Virus record (IMG/VR): IMGVR_UViG_3300047554_001015
Coordinates: 1-57,832 of that record
Reading direction: 5' to 3' (one strand)
Source: a virus
Lineage: Duplodnaviria; Caudoviricetes
Length of the DNA stretch: 57,832 bases
Each line of letters starts with the position of its first letter. Position 1 is the stretch's first letter. Both the position numbers and the translations under genes were made by a program. A model generated the notes under the pieces. It saw only the letters and a list, made by a program, of their open reading frames with translations, had not been told where the DNA came from and did not search any database. Below are positions 44,920 to 53,106 of the stretch, one piece after another.

Positions 44920-45450
44920 GTGGAAAACCGGGCAAAACAGAGCAACCAAGATCAAGGCCAGTGCAATCTCTATTTCGGCTATGTCACCGCTGTGGATGAG
45001 GCCATGGGACGGGCACGGGTGAGGGTGGATGACTTGGATGGTGTGGAGTCCTATTGGCTGAATATTTTGCAGGGGCGGGTTGCCCAAGACCAAGAAGCAT
45101 ACTGGCTAGACCCAGGGGATTTTGTGGCACTGCTGAGCGATGAGAAACTTGAGGCGGGGGTCATCCTGGGTTGTCTCTACTCAGAAAAAAATCCACCCCC
45201 CATTACCACAAGGGATAAATATTACCGACGATTTTCTGATGGCAGCTTTGTGGAGTTCGATCGCTCCACAGGGGTGCTGAGCATGGAGGTGACCGACCGC
45301 ATCAATATCACCGCTCCCAACGGCTTGCATATCACCAACGATTCCACAGAGTCATCCATTAATGGCAAGGCGATCGCCGTTCTTGGAGCCATGGACAATG
45401 ACAGCGAAACCAATGGCCCCGATGCCCTGGTTACTAGCGGTCAGATGTGA
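44920..45450 (+). CDS. baseplate spike, P2 gpV-like
   Basis: G.V.AVD....ARV..DD.DG.ES.WL, G.ILG..YS, FSDG...EFDR. Confidence 0.9.
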   Translation: MENRAKQSNQDQGQCNLYFGYVTAVDEAMGRARVRVDDLDGVESYWLNILQGRVAQDQEAYWLDPGDFVALLSDEKLEAGVILGCLYSEKNPPPITTRDKYYRRFSDGSFVEFDRSTGVLSMEVTDRINITAPNGLHITNDSTESSINGKAIAVLGAMDNDSETNGPDALVTSGQM

Positions 45451-45755
45451 CAGTTGATTGCTGACAGATTTATTCTGACTGCTGCCAAACTGCTGAATGC
45501 TGACAGTTTGCTGCAAACAGTGGCAGCATTCAAAAGCCTTGCTCTGTCTAGGTTGTAGCTGACTGCTGCCAATGCTGCCAAATTTTTCGCGATCGCGTTT
45601 CAACTTTCATTTTTCCTCTCCCTCAGAAAAGTGGCAGCATTCAAGCATTCAGCCTAGAACCTTTGTGGGGCAGGGCTTTGAGTATGCTGCCAAGCCTGTC
45701 AGCATTAGTGCAGCATTCAGAATTTGGCAGCATTCAGGTGGCAGCACTCAGCAAT
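45451..45755. repeat. TGCTGCCA iteron element, copy C
   Basis: GACTGCTGCCAATGCTGCCA at 45561-45580 identical to 3911-3930; colinear with copy A. Confidence 0.8.
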
Positions 45756-45786
45756 GACCCAGATTTTGGGCTGTGCCAGTTTAGGC

Positions 45787-45811
45787 AATAAAAAAGCCCC
45801 TTTGTGGGGCT
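45787..45811 (-). terminator. intrinsic terminator
   Basis: AATAAAAAAGCCCC-TTTGT-GGGGCT. Confidence 0.75.
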
Positions 45812-45839
45812 GGTCTTTAGCGTCAGTCGGCTGACCTTA

Positions 45840-46136
45840 TTAGATTTTTAGGGACTTGAAGTCGCCACTGGCCAAGCTTTTGGCTACGGCAACTATTTCC
45901 CGATCTTCGGACCCTAGCCATTGTTGGACTAAGGCATTAAGGCTGTGGCCCTCATTGAAATCCCGCATCATTGCGTTTGCTGACGACAGGGCATTGATAG
46001 CGGGGCTAATGGCAGAGTGTGGCACTCCATCAGCCATTGCTGATGAGATAGCAGCATTAAGAGAATCAATCCTAAGCTGCAATGCTTCGTATGCGGCGAC
46101 AGAATCCTGAGTCATCTTGCCTCTCTGTGGGTTCAT
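45840..46136 (-). CDS. hypothetical protein
   Basis: Helical ORF at end of early operon; start may be MTQDS. Confidence 0.55.
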   Translation of the reverse strand: MNPQRGKMTQDSVAAYEALQLRIDSLNAAISSAMADGVPHSAISPAINALSSANAMMRDFNEGHSLNALVQQWLGSEDREIVAVAKSLASGDFKSLKI

Positions 46137-46393
46137 ACTAATGGCACCGACTTTTTGCAGGGCTTGCAGTAGTACCGTTGTTTGCCGTTACGGTGCTTTC
46201 CATTTGCTGCGGTCGGTTCTCCACAGCAAGGGCATGGGGGGCCGCTGGGGATTTTTTTCAAGACTGCGGCAAAGGTTCGATCGCAGTTCAGGCAGGAATA
46301 GCGCAACCGAGGGGTGCGTCGGGCAACTTTGCTGGCTCCCCCGCAATGGGGACAAGATGGGGTGGGTGGCTTGGGCTTGGTTTTCTTGGTCAT
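46133..46393 (-). CDS. double zinc-ribbon protein (InsA N-terminal-like)
   Basis: CPHC...RYSCLNC and CPCC...NG...GKQRYYCKPC. Confidence 0.7.
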   Translation of the reverse strand: MTKKTKPKPPTPSCPHCGGASKVARRTPRLRYSCLNCDRTFAAVLKKIPSGPPCPCCGEPTAANGKHRNGKQRYYCKPCKKSVPLV

Positions 46394-46449
46394 GAGTTTT
46401 CGGGGTTAGCAGGGGGACTTGAAGCCCCTCAAGGGGAGGGGCACGTAGG

Positions 46450-46626
46450 TTAGTGAGTCAGAAACAACGAAATAAAATCTTCAACTACAGTCAATGAGTC
46501 TTGGAACAGCTTGGCGGTGCTAGGCTTCTCTTGCTGGTCCGCTGGCTTCAGTACATCCTCAATCAGGAGGGCTGCGGCCATGACCGTGATCGCGATGAAT
46601 TTGGTTTGATTGTCAATGGTCTGCAT
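46450..46626 (-). CDS. small hypothetical protein
   Basis: Start MQTIDNQ after AAAACGAAA. Confidence 0.55.
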   Translation of the reverse strand: MQTIDNQTKFIAITVMAAALLIEDVLKPADQQEKPSTAKLFQDSLTVVEDFISLFLTH

Positions 46627-46645
46627 TTTCGTTTTCGGGTAGGGT

Positions 46646-46867
46646 TTACAGGTCAAGGATAGAGCGACGTGCCACAGATTGAGGCTGTGGGATTGGGGTC
46701 CAGCTTCCACAGTGCAGGGGGCAGAGGGTTGCCCATTGGGGTGAGCTGGTCTCAGCATCAGAGGCATTCCCCCAATCCCGTAGGCAATCAACCGAGTCCT
46801 CCCCCGGTTGCTCCCGCGTTGCCGGGTTGTAATGGATGCTGAAGTGGGCGCAGTTTTCGCAGTTCAT
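46646..46867 (-). CDS. Cys-rich small protein
   Basis: CENCAHF start after doubled AAACGAAA leader. Confidence 0.55.
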   Translation of the reverse strand: MNCENCAHFSIHYNPATREQPGEDSVDCLRDWGNASDAETSSPQWATLCPLHCGSWTPIPQPQSVARRSILDL

Positions 46868-46925
46868 GGTTTCGTTTTCGTTTCTTGGGTGAACTTGAAG
46901 CCCCTAGGGAGGGGCGGGACCGTGG

Positions 46926-47159
46926 CTACAGGGTTGGCAGGTTGAAATACTGCTCATGGGGGAGGTACTCAATACCCTTTGTTTCCCATCGGCGGGTCTG
47001 CCCGTCTTGGGTCTCCACTAATTGAGTTCTCTCCATATGGAAGGAGATTTTTTTGTTTTGATAGGTGACTACTGCGGGAAGGCCTTCACCCTTTAGAGCC
47101 TCCAGCTTATTGAAGATATTGATGATGGTGTCACCGTTGCCGTTGATGATATCGATCAT
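46926..47159 (-). CDS. hypothetical early protein
   Basis: GAGG SD; first gene after promoter 47205-47233. Confidence 0.65.
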   Translation of the reverse strand: MIDIINGNGDTIINIFNKLEALKGEGLPAVVTYQNKKISFHMERTQLVETQDGQTRRWETKGIEYLPHEQYFNLPTL

Positions 47160-47204
47160 GGGTTGGTCCTCGTGAGATTGGGTTTCCGTTTCTTGGATGA
47201 ATCC

Positions 47205-47233
47205 AGCTTAAGCTAGTTCGGACATCTTGTCAA
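47205..47233 (-). promoter_or_regulatory. sigma70-type early promoter
   Basis: TTGACA-N17-TAAGCT. Confidence 0.75.
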
Positions 47234-47274
47234 CACAGTCAGGCAAAAAAATAGGGGGTTGCCCCCCTGTGGAA

Positions 47275-47952
47275 CTAGAACACCGGATCGGCCCATTTAT
47301 TTGAAACCGGGGGAGTGCCCTGGTTTTGTGGCGGGGCTGTTTGCTGTTTGCTGCCTAGCAAGTGCAACCCCGTGGCGTTGACGATGGGCTTAGACCGGGG
47401 TGCCCCAGTGTTGCGGTCTTGCCAATGTTCAATTCGCAGAGAGCCGACAATGCCGACTTGGGAGCCTTTCAGGACGTAATCCCCTGCAACCTGTGCGGGC
47501 TTGTCCCACAGCTCAATGTCAAACCAGTCTGGGTCTGAATTTTTGACCGGGCGACGGACAGCGATCGTAAAGCTGCCCTTGACCTTCCCGCTCTCGAAAT
47601 ACTTCACCTCAGCATCATAGCCAGCATTGCCTACTAGGGCGATTTTATTCAGCTTGATTTGGCCCCCAATCGGGGTGATGGTATCGGCGGAAATGCTGGC
47701 CACTTTCTGTTTGACCCCATCCCGTTCAAAGGCAGAGACCTTAATCCCTCCCTCAACCAAAAGCCATTGCCCCACAGCGGGGGGAGATTTTTTGATGCTG
47801 TCCGATTTCCAGGAAACTAGCTTGATTTGGATCGGCTCCTCCCCATCCTTGTAGGCAGGGATTTGAACCAATGCTTCGGCGAATTCCCGCCCCTCGTGGG
47901 AACGGAACTCGAAGGGCTGGGCTAACTGAACTGCGGCGGTGAAGTGATTCAT
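47275..47952 (-). CDS. ssb: single-stranded DNA-binding protein with two OB folds
   Basis: Second domain NKIALVGNAG.DAEVKYFESG...DWFDIELW...KGSQVGIVGSL; first domain also SSB-like; terminal DPVF. Confidence 0.9.
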   Translation of the reverse strand: MNHFTAAVQLAQPFEFRSHEGREFAEALVQIPAYKDGEEPIQIKLVSWKSDSIKKSPPAVGQWLLVEGGIKVSAFERDGVKQKVASISADTITPIGGQIKLNKIALVGNAGYDAEVKYFESGKVKGSFTIAVRRPVKNSDPDWFDIELWDKPAQVAGDYVLKGSQVGIVGSLRIEHWQDRNTGAPRSKPIVNATGLHLLGSKQQTAPPQNQGTPPVSNKWADPVF

Positions 47953-48039
47953 TATGCTATCCTTGTGGAACTTGTGGGTTGATCCTGTGAGTTTTCGTTT
48001 TCAATTTAACCCCTGGCGCAACGACGAGGCACCGGGGGT

Positions 48040-48243
48040 TTATTTTTGGTGCTGTAGTAGGTCTCCCGGTTGGCAACCCAGCCCCTCACAGAGGGCGTTA
48101 AGCAACACCATGTCAATGCGGCTAAGGGACCGCTTATTTTTGAGCGTGGAGCAGGTGGATAAGCTCCGGCCCGTAATTTGGGCCAGATCCCGGTAGGTGA
48201 GGCCGCGATCGGCCATGATTTCCTTGAGCTTCCAGACAATCAC
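48040..48243 (-). CDS. XRE/Cro-C1 HTH regulator
   Basis: KLKEIMADRGL..RDLA..TG.S...LCEGLGCQPGDLL. Confidence 0.88.
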   Translation of the reverse strand: MIVWKLKEIMADRGLTYRDLAQITGRSLSTCSTLKNKRSLSRIDMVLLNALCEGLGCQPGDLLQHQK

Positions 48244-48300
48244 TGTGGTGTCCCGTAACTGCTCATTTAGCCTACACCCAAAAAAACATTGGTGCAAGTG

Positions 48301-48330
48301 TTGACAGCATAGCAAGGCTCGTTATATAGT
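48301..48330 (+). promoter_or_regulatory. sigma70-type early promoter
   Basis: TTGACA-N18-TATAGT. Confidence 0.75.
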
Positions 48331-48377
48331 TGCATTAATGAAACGCAAGACCGCAGAACCCACAAGGAGACCCGCTA

Positions 48378-48677
48378 ATGAATGGATTCAACGCTGAACT
48401 AAATGATGAGATTGCCGCACTGGTCGGTGAGTTTGGAGTGAATTTTGTAGTTGCCACAGTCCAGCGACTTGGCTGCTACCACACCGGGGGGGACCACTGG
48501 ATCTTCAAGAATGTCCCACAGGTTGCAGACTGCCCGCGTGAGCCATGGGACATCGAGCAACCGACGATTCAGCTTTTGGCAGAATTCACCACCGCCAAGG
48601 TTGTGGTGGCACTAGCCGACTATCTCAGCGGGCTGCTAGACCAGCCCATCACCATCAGTCGCATTTCCCTAGCCTAG
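48378..48677 (+). CDS. hypothetical protein
   Basis: AAGGAG SD. Confidence 0.65.
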   Translation: MNGFNAELNDEIAALVGEFGVNFVVATVQRLGCYHTGGDHWIFKNVPQVADCPREPWDIEQPTIQLLAEFTTAKVVVALADYLSGLLDQPITISRISLA

Positions 48678-48722
48678 TAAACCGGGGGCTTCGGCCCCCA
48701 CACTTAACCCGATGGATCCGCA

Positions 48723-49535
48723 ATGAGTAACAGTAACCTAACCCACAGCCCACAAGCCCACGCCATCCAAACCCACAGCCCCACAGGTTTCAGTCCTGAA
48801 CAAGTGGCGCTAATCAAACAGCAGATCAGCCCCGACATGACTGATGCTGAGCTGGTCCTGTTTTCGCAGGTTTGCCAGCGCACCGGACTGGATCCCTTCT
48901 CTCGTCAAATTTTTGCCATCCATCGCAAAGACCGCAATTCCCCCACGGGCAAGAAAATGACCATCCAGGTCAGCATTGATGGCTACCGGCTAGCCGCAGC
49001 CCGCACGGGGCTTTATGCCGGAAACCAGTCCTTCTGGTGTGGCCCCGATGGGGTGTGGAAGGATGTTTGGTTGGAATCCAGCCCCCCCGCAGCCGCCAAG
49101 GTTGAAGTCTATAAGTCAGGCACAGGCAGAGATCGCCCCTTTGTGGGGGTAGCCCGATTTGCCGCCTATGCCCAAACTTATCAAGGGCAACTTCAGGGGC
49201 TGTGGTCAAACATGCCCGATGTCATGATTGCAAAGTGTGCCGAAGCATTGGCCTTACGCAAGGCTTTCCCTGCTGAACTGAGCGGGATTTATACCCGTGA
49301 GGAAATGGCACAAGCCGATAATGACTACCAACCACAGCCCGCATGGATGGCAGATCTAGCCACAGAAATCCGCAACTGTGGGCTAAGTCGCGAGCAATTG
49401 GTGGCATTTGCCCAAGCCAATGGGTTACCCAGTTCATCGGCGGATTTTACCGCTGAAGATGCAGCCAAGATGATTGAAGCGCTGAAAACGTACCGAATAG
49501 CACGGGATGAGGCAACAATCGAGGACACCTACTAA
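48723..49535 (+). CDS. bet: phage recombination protein Bet (RecT/Redbeta ssDNA annealing)
   Basis: EL..F..VC.RTGLDPF.RQI, IQVSIDGYR..A.RTG, W..MP..MIAKCAEALALRKAFP..LSGIYT.EEM. Confidence 0.93.
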   Translation: MSNSNLTHSPQAHAIQTHSPTGFSPEQVALIKQQISPDMTDAELVLFSQVCQRTGLDPFSRQIFAIHRKDRNSPTGKKMTIQVSIDGYRLAAARTGLYAGNQSFWCGPDGVWKDVWLESSPPAAAKVEVYKSGTGRDRPFVGVARFAAYAQTYQGQLQGLWSNMPDVMIAKCAEALALRKAFPAELSGIYTREEMAQADNDYQPQPAWMADLATEIRNCGLSREQLVAFAQANGLPSSSADFTAEDAAKMIEALKTYRIARDEATIEDTY

Positions 49536-49548
49536 TACCTGATAAAAA

Positions 49549-49929
49549 ATGCTGTTAAGAATAACCTATGCAGTGCAGGAGGATCCCGACATCCCCTGCA
49601 AAATCACCGCAACCTGCCCTGTACTGGGGCAGTCAGATGACCAATATGAAAAATGCTGGTGGGTACTGATTGAGGGCAATGCCTGCCCATTAATCTTGGC
49701 GGCTAGCGACCCAACAAGGTTCTTTTTGGAAATTCGCGGCAAAGTAAAAACAACCGCATCCCTGTACTGTCCTGTGGAATCCGTTGAGGTTGTCCAAGAT
49801 TTTGTTTCCCCCCTAGCCTGTATTTTGGCAGCTTCAAGACCCCCCAATATCGCCCAGCGGATGCCAGCCCTAGCCATGGGCAGTCCCCAGCCATCTTCAC
49901 AATCACAGCTTTTCACCTGGGAACACTAA
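49549..49929 (+). CDS. hypothetical protein
   Basis: Follows bet; ends before terminator. Confidence 0.55.
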   Translation: MLLRITYAVQEDPDIPCKITATCPVLGQSDDQYEKCWWVLIEGNACPLILAASDPTRFFLEIRGKVKTTASLYCPVESVEVVQDFVSPLACILAASRPPNIAQRMPALAMGSPQPSSQSQLFTWEH

Positions 49930-49946
49930 CCCGCCAGCCTGTTGCC

Positions 49947-49971
49947 GCCCCCACTGTGGGGCTTTTTTATT
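49947..49971 (+). terminator. intrinsic terminator
   Basis: GCCCC-CACTGT-GGGGC-TTTTTTATT. Confidence 0.75.
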
Positions 49972-50539
49972 GGGCAACCACTCGCAGCAACACGCCCCCA
50001 ACGGAGATGGGATCCCGGTTCACGGTGAGGGGGTCAAAATTTTGGAAAGGCTGAAATCCCACAAGCTGACCTCCCTCAAACTCAAATGATAGGGCGATCG
50101 CCTCAGTGATGCCCTGCACATCCACGGTCTCCAGACTCAGCACCGGAACCCCAAACACCGCCGCAAAAATCCACCAGCCATTCTCATGGTCCACCAGCTC
50201 AGAAGACCGCAAAAACATTTTGGACACAGCGCCATCGGGAATGAACCCCACAAGGTACTCAGAAATACTGGCCAGCACATTCCACGCTCCTGACTCCCCA
50301 TCCCTCAGGTTTCGCAGCCGCACAAATAAATTGCACTCCACTTCAGCCGACGATCGCCCCTTGCCCAGTCCCACAGGGGGATTGCCGGTGATTTTGTTTA
50401 ACTGAACGATCACTTCCCCGTTTGTGGGTTCACCATAATCTGAGGATCGGTTTGGCAGTGCCCGCACCAAAATCCCAGCATTACGGAGAGGGGAGAGGCG
50501 ATCTGTTATGGCTTGCTCTAATCTGGGGATAAACCTCAT
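49967..50539 (-). CDS. tail terminator, Mu gp37-like
   Basis: LEQAI.DRL, L.GF.P, G.W.F; follows morphogenesis gene. Confidence 0.65.
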   Translation of the reverse strand: MRFIPRLEQAITDRLSPLRNAGILVRALPNRSSDYGEPTNGEVIVQLNKITGNPPVGLGKGRSSAEVECNLFVRLRNLRDGESGAWNVLASISEYLVGFIPDGAVSKMFLRSSELVDHENGWWIFAAVFGVPVLSLETVDVQGITEAIALSFEFEGGQLVGFQPFQNFDPLTVNRDPISVGGVLLRVVAQ

Positions 50540-50955
50540 AATTCCAGGTGCCTCTCAAAAATACGGGTGATTTCTTGCCGATGCTTGTCACTCAAGCCAA
50601 TAAAAGGTCGGGCTGGCATTTTGCTTGTACCCTCCTGGTGAAATATGCCGTAAGCGGTTCCTGCTGTAATTCTCACCTCTGTGGAACTGGCCGCAGATTT
50701 GGCAATACTGCCCACCAATGAGCCGGTTTCCCTCAGGATGCTGCTAGTTTTCTTGTATCTCAGTGTAGATTCTGCCAAACCCGCCCAAGCATCCCCCTCA
50801 GGGCTTTGCTCTCTAGCAAAGTTCAGTTTAGTCTCTCTTTCCATGTAGGTTCCCGCCTCCTCCAACGCTGGCCGGAAGTCCTTGGTTTTGGCGATCAGTT
50901 TTTGCAGGGCGCTTGATGTGCCCAAGTCCCGCACCGAAATAGAGAAATTAGCCAT
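50536..50955 (-). CDS. virion morphogenesis/tail completion protein (Mu gpG, P2 gpS-like)
   Basis: NF..EQSPEG..W..L, L.ETG.L..SI, YG.FHQ.GT..MPARPFIG. Confidence 0.88.
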   Translation of the reverse strand: MANFSISVRDLGTSSALQKLIAKTKDFRPALEEAGTYMERETKLNFAREQSPEGDAWAGLAESTLRYKKTSSILRETGSLVGSIAKSAASSTEVRITAGTAYGIFHQEGTSKMPARPFIGLSDKHRQEITRIFERHLEL

Positions 50956-51371
50956 CAGGTCATCGCAGTGGTTTTGTAGAGTGTTCCCCTGATCCTTTGG
51001 CCTAGAATTTGGTCCACAAGAGGGAACGGGGATGGGGTATCAATATCCAAGAAAAAATCCCCCGTGGTCTGCCACTCCCCCGCAAAGGTTGCCACGGCCT
51101 TAGACCCCGGAACAATGCCGGGGGGCAAAACTGCACTCTCCCCCGGTTGCTGAGTAGAAATTGAGATCAGGTAACCTTCCACATAAATGCCATCGCCACG
51201 GGTGCCCGGTTCTGAGTCTGGGGCTATGCTGCGGTTTGCCCGCTTGAGGTAGCAGTTAGCAGTCACCTCCAAAATATCCTGTGTGGGATTGCCAAGCCGG
51301 TCGGTCCCTGGGTTACCGCTAGGGACTTGGAAAACTAGGGTGGCATTGGCGGGAAGGGGGTTGCTCGTCAT
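50955..51371 (-). CDS. putative head closure protein
   Basis: D.LGNP motif; position in neck module. Confidence 0.5.
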   Translation of the reverse strand: MTSNPLPANATLVFQVPSGNPGTDRLGNPTQDILEVTANCYLKRANRSIAPDSEPGTRGDGIYVEGYLISISTQQPGESAVLPPGIVPGSKAVATFAGEWQTTGDFFLDIDTPSPFPLVDQILGQRIRGTLYKTTAMT

Positions 51372-52279
51372 AGTTCCACGGCCTTGGGTGCTTTACTCAT
51401 TCCGGCTGCTCTCTCAAAAGGGCTGGGGCCATAGTCGGGTTTTAGGCCATTGGCTTGGAGTTCTGCCAGCGTGTCATCCCTGTATTGAGTTGCAAACCTT
51501 TGATCCAAGTCCCAATTGGGGGAAACCGGCAGAATAACGCAACGGCAGCGGGGGTGAGCCGGAACCCGCATGGAGTTTAGGGGGTATATCTGCATATTTC
51601 GGGATGCGCAAACCGGGCATAGGCGATCGCTACGGGTTGCCAACCACTGCCCCAACTCAATCCCAGAGCGTTCATACCGTGCCTTTGCCGCTGAATTGTA
51701 GGCACTCATCACCTCAGTCCGGGCAATCGTTTCTGCCTTGGATTTGGTCACCCCTAGTTCAGATCGCAATGCCGTCCCGACCCGTCTGGCTCCCCATCCC
51801 TGAATCAAGCCTTGCTCCACAACCGCGCTGGCTTTACTCGCAAAAGCCGCGCCATGGCCTGCCAGCCGCCGTACCCCGTCCCGCGCTTGGGCCACAACTG
51901 CATCCATGGGGATTTCACTAAACGGCATCAACCGGCGATCGCCCAATGCCGTGGCCAGGTCCCCCGCCAGGTCAGCCCCTTCCCTGTGGGCTGACTTGAT
52001 CATCTCCTCGTAATTTTGCTGGATGGTCTCCCCTTGCTGTGGGTTCAGGAGTTCGGACTGCTGGCGAATCTCATCCATGATGACTAGCGCCCGTTGGCGG
52101 GGCAGTAAGTCGGTGTTGGCCCCGTGCTTCTGGTAGCTGGCCAGTAGATCCCGCTCCATGTCCCGATAGCTTTTGTCTAGCGCCGCATTCACACGCTCGA
52201 TCGCTCGTTGCTCAGCCTTGGCCAGCGCTGCATCATGCCGTTCTGCGATTGCCCGCGCCCGTTCCCCCCGATTAGCCAT
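51368..52279 (-). CDS. minor head protein (Mu gpF/SPP1 gp7 family)
   Basis: AETIARTE, W.AT..DR.CPVC, P.HPRCRC. Confidence 0.9.
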   Translation of the reverse strand: MANRGERARAIAERHDAALAKAEQRAIERVNAALDKSYRDMERDLLASYQKHGANTDLLPRQRALVIMDEIRQQSELLNPQQGETIQQNYEEMIKSAHREGADLAGDLATALGDRRLMPFSEIPMDAVVAQARDGVRRLAGHGAAFASKASAVVEQGLIQGWGARRVGTALRSELGVTKSKAETIARTEVMSAYNSAAKARYERSGIELGQWLATRSDRLCPVCASRNMQIYPLNSMRVPAHPRCRCVILPVSPNWDLDQRFATQYRDDTLAELQANGLKPDYGPSPFERAAGMSKAPKAVEL

Positions 52280-52619
52280 TGCCCCACGCCGCTACAGCAT
52301 CCCAATCAATCCCGTGGGGGGTGAGGGCCGCAATCTCCCCTAGGTTGGCATAGCCACGGGGGGGGCGGTTCTCCAGAATCGCAGCCGCCCGCACTGCCCC
52401 GATGGTGGGTAGCACAATCAGTTCAGCCGACTCCACAGCGGTGTTGATTAACTCCAGTGCAGGGCTTGCGGGGGGGTCGGCAAAGGGAATCTCAACTTGT
52501 GGAACTGCCAGCCCTGGGTTGGGGCGGGTGGTTGACCACCCCTGTGCCTGAAATGCTGGCGTAAAATCAATCGCGGGAACGCGACGGGTCTCGCCATTTC
52601 GATAAACGGTCAAAAACAC
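52272..52619 (-). CDS. protein with helix-hairpin-helix motif
   Basis: INTA...EL..LPTIG..RA..I.E.R...GY. Confidence 0.65.
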   Translation of the reverse strand: MFLTVYRNGETRRVPAIDFTPAFQAQGWSTTRPNPGLAVPQVEIPFADPPASPALELINTAVESAELIVLPTIGAVRAAAILENRPPRGYANLGEIAALTPHGIDWDAVAAWGNG

Positions 52620-52632
52620 AGGGGCGATCCTC

Positions 52633-53082
52633 CTACAGGGTTAGATATGCGAAATAATCCAGGTTTCCGGCAGTCGTACCAGTTTCCACAGCCCGGACGC
52701 GAACATAAAGCGCCTCACCCTGAGCCGCCACGTCCATCGCAGCCGCCACGGCTTCACCCTCAAGGGCAATATAAAGCCGGTCAGCAGCCGCAGCCAGTTT
52801 CTGAGAACCAACTACCACAAAGGTGGAATTATCGGCGCTAGCTTCAATATTTACGGTCCAATAATTTGAAGCGTCAACAGTCCCGCCAATTGCAGAATGC
52901 TGAACCACTGCTTTGTAATAGCTGAGCTTTTCAGCCTTCAGTTCCACAGCCGTTTCAGCGGTGGTTGCTGAGATAGCGGCGGCACTGGGGGCACGTAACT
53001 GTAAATCGCCATCAACCAAATCATAGCGGCGGGGGGCCGTGGTTGAGGGGGATAGATTCGGATTGACGGCACTAACAGCCAT
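52633..53082 (-). CDS. putative capsid decoration/cement protein
   Basis: Beta-rich 149 aa, AGGAG SD, own late promoter. Confidence 0.55.
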   Translation of the reverse strand: MAVSAVNPNLSPSTTAPRRYDLVDGDLQLRAPSAAAISATTAETAVELKAEKLSYYKAVVQHSAIGGTVDASNYWTVNIEASADNSTFVVVGSQKLAAAADRLYIALEGEAVAAAMDVAAQGEALYVRVRAVETGTTAGNLDYFAYLTL

Positions 53083-53106
53083 GGGCGTTTTTCTCCTAAG
53101 TTTTTT

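Noticed and set aside
19231-46047. CTGATGA hammerhead-like cores (19231, 26142, 27929, 46040)
   Set aside because: All within coding regions, without evident flanking stems and a paired GAAA.
46133-46393. IS1 insertion sequence
   Set aside because: No InsB/DDE transposase, terminal inverted repeats or target duplication.
47385-47400. GGTCTAAGCCC on the minus strand, similar to the twister loop
   Set aside because: One base short, lacks the UAA/P2/pseudoknot context, and lies in ssb coding sequence.
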